From a virus (taxonomy: Duplodnaviria > Caudoviricetes): a DNA stretch of 33,478 nt. A program made the position numbers and the translations under genes. A model generated the notes under the pieces. The model did not search any database and was not told the DNA's origin. It saw nothing but the letters and a program-made list of their open reading frames with translations. Of this stretch, positions 28,513 through 33,478 are shown piece by piece. Positions within the stretch are counted from its first letter, which is position 1. Every line of letters begins with the position of its first letter. The stretch covers positions 1 to 33,478 of the IMG/VR virus record IMGVR_UViG_3300017768_001407; one strand, given 5' to 3'.

Positions 28513-29148
28513 TTAAAAATCTATACATCTGCCTTTCATTTCCCAGTCATCATATCTAGTAGGTTCTAATCCTTCTGTCCTACCACCTATCTCTTTCATC
28601 TTTTCTTCATAATAAATATTTCCAGCATAACAAACTCTTTTACCATCAGTTTCATTTTTAGGAACTTCATGTTTTATCCAAGATGGAAAAAATATTAACT
28701 CTCCTTCTTTTGGTTGTATCTGTAAATTGCTATCAGTAAATACTAGAGGTGGATTATTTTTAGGCAATGACAAATAATAAACAAAAGTAAATAATGCTGG
28801 CCAATGATTATGTGGTGTAGCAAGACCATCTGGTTCAGTTACTATACCCCATAACTCACTTACAAAAAAGTTACCATTTAATTCTTTATCAAAATAATTT
28901 TTCATATATGATTTAGAAATCTTAGATAATGTTGTAGTCAATTCCTCAAAGTCATCAGCATATTCTTGAAATAAATTCCAAGTGCTCATGTTATAATTTT
29001 GAAAACCAAAGTCAGTTCTTTCTTTGGATAAGTTAGATACAATCTCGTTAAGATTGTTACGACAAATACTTTCTAGTCTTTCATCCTTTCCTAAAAAATA
29101 TTTCTCTATTGTGTACTCATTACTGAGTGTGTGGAATATTGTCTTCAT
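28513..29148 (-). CDS. Putative 2OG-Fe(II) oxygenase (HxH type, TIGR02466-like)
   Basis: WG...PHNHWP..FTFVYY...PKEGELIFFPSWIKHEV...KRVCYAGNI. Start uncertain; ATG 29148 preferred to the ORF-track start at 29298. Confidence 0.8.
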   Translation of the reverse strand: MKTIFHTLSNEYTIEKYFLGKDERLESICRNNLNEIVSNLSKERTDFGFQNYNMSTWNLFQEYADDFEELTTTLSKISKSYMKNYFDKELNGNFFVSELWGIVTEPDGLATPHNHWPALFTFVYYLSLPKNNPPLVFTDSNLQIQPKEGELIFFPSWIKHEVPKNETDGKRVCYAGNIYYEEKMKEIGGRTEGLEPTRYDDWEMKGRCIDF

Positions 29149-29611
29149 CTTTATGCTGTAGTGGGACTGATAATGAACCATATCTAATGTATTGTTGTTT
29201 TGCTGTTGCTTCAACTGAAACATAACTAACAAAAGAAGGATATAAGAAAAGTCCTCTATCTTGGAGAGGAATAACTTTATCCTCTTCAATAGGTGCACCT
29301 ATACGAACATTAAACGCATGCTTTTCGCAATATATCCAAGATATTAATCCTGGAAGACATCTCGGTAATGCACTCTTATCACCCTCATTTAAATCAAAAC
29401 CCCACTCGCCTTCTATCTTTGGTTCTGTAACTTCAGTGTAAGATTGTACATATTTATTATGTCCACTATCAAACATCTGTTCAGAAAAACTTTGCCCAAC
29501 AGATATTAATGTTCTTTCAAAGTTTTCATTTATTCTAGCAACAACTAAAGGGTAAGATTCTGTGACTGTCACAATCTCTTGTTCTTTTTTTAATTCTAAG
29601 ATTTCAGACAT
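29120..29611 (-). CDS. Hypothetical protein; probable degenerate 2OG-Fe(II) oxygenase fold
   Basis: Aligns by eye with the downstream neighbour (WG, PxL, F-x-[YF]-PS-[FW]) but lacks the His ligands. Confidence 0.6.
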   Translation of the reverse strand: MSEILELKKEQEIVTVTESYPLVVARINENFERTLISVGQSFSEQMFDSGHNKYVQSYTEVTEPKIEGEWGFDLNEGDKSALPRCLPGLISWIYCEKHAFNVRIGAPIEEDKVIPLQDRGLFLYPSFVSYVSVEATAKQQYIRYGSLSVPLQHKDEDNIPHTQ

Positions 29612-30093
29612 ATTGATTTTATTACTCCTATCACTTGTTCATAATTTTGACACCATGCTAATGCGTGTGCATCAATCTCTTTTAGAGGATGTAGTATAGA
29701 ATCTGGATGTACCATAATAAATGGTTTACCATTTGCATATAAACACCCTGCCTCAAAGGCAACATTCCATTGACGATAAAAATCTAAATGACCACCCTGA
29801 CCAAAAGTAACAATACCAATATCGCATTCTTTAATCAGTGTTTGGATTCTTGCTTGATTTATTTTGGCAGATTTATTATCTCTCCAAAAATAATCTTTAG
29901 AATTTTCTGCACCCATATGTTCTGGTTTGTCGCAGAATGGTTCTAGAGTATCACCAGCAGCATCTGACTCATCATGATTACAATTAGCAGAAGTGAATTC
30001 AATAGGCAAGTCATCTGCCTTTGCCATACTCTTTAGAGTCTTTCTCCAATTAGTGTGGATTTCACCACTACAATATATGTTCCATGTTTTCAT
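29596..30093 (-). CDS. YtoQ-family protein (nucleoside 2-deoxyribosyltransferase-like fold)
   Basis: IYCSGEIHTNWR, HDESDAAG, WRD.KSAKIN..R, YRQWN.AFEAG and HPLKEID motifs typical of YtoQ. Confidence 0.85.
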   Translation of the reverse strand: MKTWNIYCSGEIHTNWRKTLKSMAKADDLPIEFTSANCNHDESDAAGDTLEPFCDKPEHMGAENSKDYFWRDNKSAKINQARIQTLIKECDIGIVTFGQGGHLDFYRQWNVAFEAGCLYANGKPFIMVHPDSILHPLKEIDAHALAWCQNYEQVIGVIKSICLKS

Positions 30094-30099
30094 ATTTCT

Positions 30100-30294
30100 T
30101 TACAGGTTATAATCTTCAACTTTTAGTTGCTTAAATTTCCTTCGTGTCTTAGAGAAAGGAATAGGTTTTTTAAATTTAATAATCTCATTCGTTCCTTCTT
30201 TTATATAGGCAGAGATTTTACTATTCTCATAAAAGTATATATGATTAGGAATATTATCTTCTCCCCAATCAGTTGTTTCTTGTAATGCTTGCAT
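30100..30294 (-). CDS. Small conserved phage hypothetical protein
   Basis: ATG overlaps the upstream TGA; GGGAGG SD. Reads LQETTDW...PNHIY...FSKTRRKF. Confidence 0.75.
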   Translation of the reverse strand: MQALQETTDWGEDNIPNHIYFYENSKISAYIKEGTNEIIKFKKPIPFSKTRRKFKQLKVEDYNL

Positions 30295-30740
30295 CAAGAC
30301 CTCCCATAAGGTGATATGTGTTCAACAGAAATGTTACAGTAATCTAAGAAACCAATACCAGCATTCTCACGATAAGAGTGTCGATAGAATACTTCTTTAA
30401 TCCCTGCAGCATAAATCATTTTGGCACACTCAATACAAGGTGAGTGTGTAATAAACATTGAAGAACCTTCGCCAGATTCACCAGACCTTGCCAATTTAGC
30501 AATGGCATTTAATTCTGCGTGTAATACTTCAGGTTTTGTTTTGCGAATCTCATCACCATAATCGTCAATGAATGTAGACTCACATTCATTGTCCCACCCA
30601 GCAGGTGTGCCATTATATCCAATAGAAATAATGCGATTGTCTTTAACAATCACACAACCAACCTTTAGATTTTTAGCAGAGGATAAACTCGCATACTGCT
30701 CCGCAACATTCATGTGTGCGTCAATAAATTTCTGTTTCAT
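30294..30740 (-). CDS. cd: dCMP deaminase
   Basis: KVGCVIV, SIGYNG, HAELNA and HSPCIECAK zinc-deaminase motifs. Confidence 0.92.
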   Translation of the reverse strand: MKQKFIDAHMNVAEQYASLSSAKNLKVGCVIVKDNRIISIGYNGTPAGWDNECESTFIDDYGDEIRKTKPEVLHAELNAIAKLARSGESGEGSSMFITHSPCIECAKMIYAAGIKEVFYRHSYRENAGIGFLDYCNISVEHISPYGRS

Positions 30741-30748
30741 AATTTCCT

Positions 30749-30946
30749 TTATTTGTCGACTACATGTGACGGAACAAAGATTTTAATTCTGGATTTTAAT
30801 TTTTCAATAGCATTGACTAATTCAGTGTCATCAATTAAATAATCGTGATTAGAATTTGTATTGTATTGTTCAATAAGATTTTGTAGATCTATTTCTAAAC
30901 CATCTACTAAAGTTTTTGCTGTACTATTTAATTCATCTAATGTCAT
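30749..30946 (-). CDS. Small acidic hypothetical protein
   Basis: 65 aa; strong SD AGAGAGGT. Confidence 0.7.
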   Translation of the reverse strand: MTLDELNSTAKTLVDGLEIDLQNLIEQYNTNSNHDYLIDDTELVNAIEKLKSRIKIFVPSHVVDK

Positions 30947-30973
30947 ATTATACCTCTCTAAAAATAAAATAAG

Positions 30974-31082
30974 GATAGTTTTTCTTTTTAGAGTTTAAAA
31001 CTACCAAAACATTAACTCGCAAATTTGGTTTTGTTATTTTAAGTCTGTACAAACCACCACGCACATGTGGAAAAATCAGACT
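30974..31082 (-). ncRNA. Two tandem H-type pseudoknots (structured RNA element of unknown class)
   Basis: Unit 1: P1 AGUCUG/CAGACU, P2 UGGUUU/AAACCA. Unit 2: P1 GAGUU/AACUC, P2 GGUAGUUUU/AAAACUAUC. Both have a U-rich L1, a very short junction ending in A and a UAAAA-type L3. Confidence 0.65.
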
Positions 31083-31087
31083 AAACT

Positions 31088-31354
31088 TTATCTCACCTCT
31101 AACATAGACATGGGAACAGAATAACTACTACCTCTCATATCAACTAAACATTTTGTTCTTTTAACTTTAGTGACAACACCTTCAGTCTTTTTAGTTTTTT
31201 GAACAACCCAAACTTTAGCACCCACAACAAGTGAAGTCTTTGAGTTAAATGTTTTTAATTCTTGAGCAAAATTTATTAAGTCATTCAATTCTGAGTTACT
31301 CATTTTACCCATTTCTACTTTCATATCTCTACTAATCTCTAATATTTGTTGCAT
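31088..31354 (-). CDS. Hypothetical protein with a C-terminal SH3/KOW-like beta-barrel
   Basis: LVVGAKVWV...GVVTKVKRTKCLV...YSVPMSML; SD GAGAGGT. Confidence 0.75.
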   Translation of the reverse strand: MQQILEISRDMKVEMGKMSNSELNDLINFAQELKTFNSKTSLVVGAKVWVVQKTKKTEGVVTKVKRTKCLVDMRGSSYSVPMSMLEVR

Positions 31355-31372
31355 ATTTTATACCTCTCTCAA

Positions 31373-31549
31373 TTAATACAATTCTAAATTATAAAATTCA
31401 TGTTCAGCATACAGTTCTACTAACTCTTGCTGGTCATCATCTAAATGTAGACCTGAATGAAAAGATAATTCTTCTAAATCTCTCATGACATTCATATCTA
31501 CTTCTTTAACTTTTAATTCTACTTCTTCTAAAAACTTTTCAAAACTCAT
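31373..31549 (-). CDS. Small acidic hypothetical protein, 58 aa (first gene after an early promoter)
   Basis: Not in the ORF track. SD AGAGAGGT. MSFEKFLEEVELKVKEVDMNVMRDLEELSFHSGLHLDDDQQELVELYAEHEFYNLELY. Confidence 0.75.
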   Translation of the reverse strand: MSFEKFLEEVELKVKEVDMNVMRDLEELSFHSGLHLDDDQQELVELYAEHEFYNLELY

Positions 31550-31580
31550 ATAACCTCTCTTTTTTATTAACTATACACCT

Positions 31581-31609
31581 ATTATGCCTGAGTGCACGAA
31601 AAATGTCAA
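31581..31609 (-). promoter_or_regulatory. Sigma70-type early promoter
   Basis: TTGACA-N17-CATAAT with an A-tract upstream (UP-element-like). Confidence 0.85.
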
Positions 31610-31624
31610 GCATTATTTTTTTTG

Positions 31625-31637
31625 TAAGGTATTGATT
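31625..31637 (-). promoter_or_regulatory. Candidate IHF-binding site
   Basis: AATCAATACCTTA matches WATCAANNNNTTR, about 15 nt upstream of the -35 box. Confidence 0.45.
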
Positions 31638-31669
31638 TATAAGGAGTTATAAAATAATTTTAAAATAAT

Positions 31670-33058
31670 TTATCCAAAGAAAGATTCTAGAGATGGTTTT
31701 TCCTCAACTGCTTCGGGATGATACACTCCAAGCATATCCACACCACCATGCTCTCTCAGATATTCATACCACTCATCACTGTCCCACATCTTTTCAGATA
31801 CACCATTCCATAGATGTTTCCAGAGAGGATGCGATTTATCTTTTCTACGATAGTCTACAAAGTTTCTACGAAGTGTTTCATACTCCCAAGATCCAAGTTC
31901 CAACATCTTTTCTCTGAAGTAACAAACCAATGAGATTCTTTCCATGTCTTCAATCGCAACTCCCTCAGGTGGAAGTAGTTTAGTGTTACCATGTATGCCA
32001 CCATGATTGTTAATGAGTAGTAAATCTCCTGGACGAATGTTAATCCCAACACGAAACTCTGGGAGAACTAGATATCCACCTGTCCAGTTTTTATCTTTAG
32101 CAACCACTGTTAGATTAGAGAATCCTTCATTTAAATCACCAGCATCTCGATGACATGCTGTTCTAAAGTTTTTGTTTACAGTGATAGTTGTAAATGGTGT
32201 ATCCTTACCAGCAACTCTAAATCTTTCATCAAGTTTATTCGCAGCATTTAATTGAACACCATATCTTTTAGGAACTAGATTAGCAAACTCATTAGAAAGT
32301 TTTCTCATAAAAGGATAACACTTCTCAAAGGTATCACGATTGTGTTCAGTATAAGAAGTCGCACGACCATAAGGTATACGAGGATATCTATCAAAGAATC
32401 CAGCAATACCAGACAACACAACATTAGCATAAGTTGTATCAGAAATAAATGTAGACTTAATTACATTCGCATCTTTAGATGCTTCTTCAAGACCCATTAC
32501 TTTCCACTCTTCAACTTTATCTTTGAAGAATGATTTATAATTATAACCAGCATCGTCAATCTTTGTACGCAACCAAACGATACCTCTAGTTGTTCCTTCG
32601 CTGTTTAAATATTTTTGTTTGATGTTTTCAATAGGATCGCCTTCTTCCTCAAACAATGTGCTACTGTTTGGACGATTAATAAAATAATCCATAACTTCAA
32701 CTTGCTCATCAGTACACCAATCTCTTTGTCCTTGCGATTCACCTTTCGGACCTGCTGCCATTCCACGATTCTGTGTAGGTTGTGCTGCTCCAAGTAAACC
32801 ATCATAAGCACCTAACTGTTCATCGGCAGTAAAAATATTTTTACGATACTTAAAGATAATATTATCTTCATTGTTAACACCAGCAAAATTAGATGGAGCA
32901 TAGAAGTCAGTATCTTCTTCAACTATAAAATCCCAATCAGTATCTTCCATATAAGTACCGATCTTATCTTCACAATCTGCCCAGAACTTGGCAGTAACAA
33001 TACGAATACCATCTTCGTATGTTATATCATATTTGTTTTCATTAATCTCACCTAACAT
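31670..33058 (-). CDS. TET/JBP-family 2OG-Fe(II) DNA pyrimidine dioxygenase
   Basis: PFTTITVNKNFRTACHRDAGD (HxD), GGYLVLPEF, GDLLL...HGNT (distal His) and ERISLVCYFREKM (2OG-binding Arg) match the TET/JBP signature. Confidence 0.85.
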   Translation of the reverse strand: MLGEINENKYDITYEDGIRIVTAKFWADCEDKIGTYMEDTDWDFIVEEDTDFYAPSNFAGVNNEDNIIFKYRKNIFTADEQLGAYDGLLGAAQPTQNRGMAAGPKGESQGQRDWCTDEQVEVMDYFINRPNSSTLFEEEGDPIENIKQKYLNSEGTTRGIVWLRTKIDDAGYNYKSFFKDKVEEWKVMGLEEASKDANVIKSTFISDTTYANVVLSGIAGFFDRYPRIPYGRATSYTEHNRDTFEKCYPFMRKLSNEFANLVPKRYGVQLNAANKLDERFRVAGKDTPFTTITVNKNFRTACHRDAGDLNEGFSNLTVVAKDKNWTGGYLVLPEFRVGINIRPGDLLLINNHGGIHGNTKLLPPEGVAIEDMERISLVCYFREKMLELGSWEYETLRRNFVDYRRKDKSHPLWKHLWNGVSEKMWDSDEWYEYLREHGGVDMLGVYHPEAVEEKPSLESFFG

Positions 33059-33087
33059 TTATTCTATACCTCTTAAATTTATATTCC

Positions 33088-33116
33088 ATTATACTCCACT
33101 GTAAGCATTTTGTCAA
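33088..33116 (-). promoter_or_regulatory. Perfect-consensus sigma70 promoter upstream of the TET/JBP gene
   Basis: TTGACA-N17-TATAAT. The -35 box overlaps the upstream stop codon; an AGAGGT SD follows. Confidence 0.9.
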
Positions 33117-33478
33117 GTATTATATTCTTTCTTGAGCACATTAAGTACAGTTCTCTTTCTCAGTCCACTGGTACTAAAGGAGTGTTGTCTACTGTTATAA
33201 TATATTTCTATATTCTTATTTAGACAGTGCTTCTTACCAGTAAAGTCAAGTGTCTTATATTCCTCACCAATAAATCTCACATCAATTTTATAGGTCAACA
33301 ATATATCCAGTAAATCTTGTTCAGTGGCATAAGGAATAATCTCATCAATGTAACGACAACCCTCTAACTGTACATATCGTTCGAACACACTTTGTATGGG
33401 TGCGTTTTTTTCAGGTCGATCTATAGTTGGGTCAGTCTGTAATCCTACAATGAGATAGTCGCAGTTGTTACTTGCTTC
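33113..33478 (-). CDS. Cytidylyltransferase (TagD/glycerol-3-phosphate cytidylyltransferase-like), 5' end truncated
   Basis: Frame is open to the window edge: CDYLIVGLQTDPTIDRPEKNAPIQSVFERYVQL..CRYIDEIIPY...IGEEY..DFTGK...RQHSFSTSGLR. Confidence 0.88.
   Translation of the reverse strand, partial: EASNNCDYLIVGLQTDPTIDRPEKNAPIQSVFERYVQLEGCRYIDEIIPYATEQDLLDILLTYKIDVRFIGEEYKTLDFTGKKHCLNKNIEIYYNSRQHSFSTSGLRKRTVLNVLKKEYNT

Noticed and set aside
30974-31082. PreQ1-I or SAM-II riboswitch, rho-independent terminator, or tRNA
   Set aside because: The pseudoknot topology is similar to those riboswitches but I could not find their ligand-binding consensus. There is no GC-rich hairpin with a U-tract and no cloverleaf.
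31640-31672. Terminator after the TET/JBP gene (AAAATAATTT repeated)
   Set aside because: AT-only with no stable stem; more likely promoter-upstream sequence.
866-32797. All plus-strand ORFs in the track, and the nested minus-strand ORFs 6441-6704, 31855-32052 and 32605-32811
   Set aside because: They are shadows of well-supported minus-strand genes, with no recognisable motifs or SDs.
1-33478. Apparent absence of CCGG and GCGC
   Set aside because: I saw none, but CG is generally scarce and expected counts are low, so this needs a computed null before it can be claimed.
1-33478. CRISPR array, tRNA/rRNA, transposase or integrase, alternative genetic code
   Set aside because: No spaced repeats, RNA gene signatures or mobility genes were seen. 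Long ORFs read through in the standard code and all three stop codons are used.

Overview
This is a 33.5-kb AT-rich fragment of a T4-like (myovirus) phage genome, probably marine or aquatic. Every credible gene lies on the minus strand. In transcription order (right to left) there are four parts. (1) An early/accessory block under sigma70-type promoters: a partial cytidylyltransferase, a TET/JBP-family DNA pyrimidine dioxygenase, small acidic ORFs, dCMP deaminase, a YtoQ-family protein and a pair of 2OG-Fe(II) oxygenase-like genes. (2) A late baseplate block with TATAAATA late promoters: gp5, a hypothetical protein, gp25, gp6, gp7, gp8 and a split DUF4815/VrlC-like structural gene. (3) Two S74-chaperone tail fibres and a Gly-rich gp38-like adhesin. 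(4) A run of enzyme genes tightly coupled to the adhesin: three paralogues of an unrecognised family, two cupins, three 2OG-Fe(II) oxygenases and an SDR. The strongest unexplained signals are these. RGCY sites are almost absent; the only two I found lie at codon-obligate Trp-Pro dipeptides, in a genome encoding a TET/JBP enzyme with a clamp-binding-like tail. The late enzyme array may be a system that modifies the receptor-binding protein. Two tandem H-type RNA pseudoknots sit in an early intergenic region. All family calls come from motif recognition and all counts were made by eye; no searches were run.
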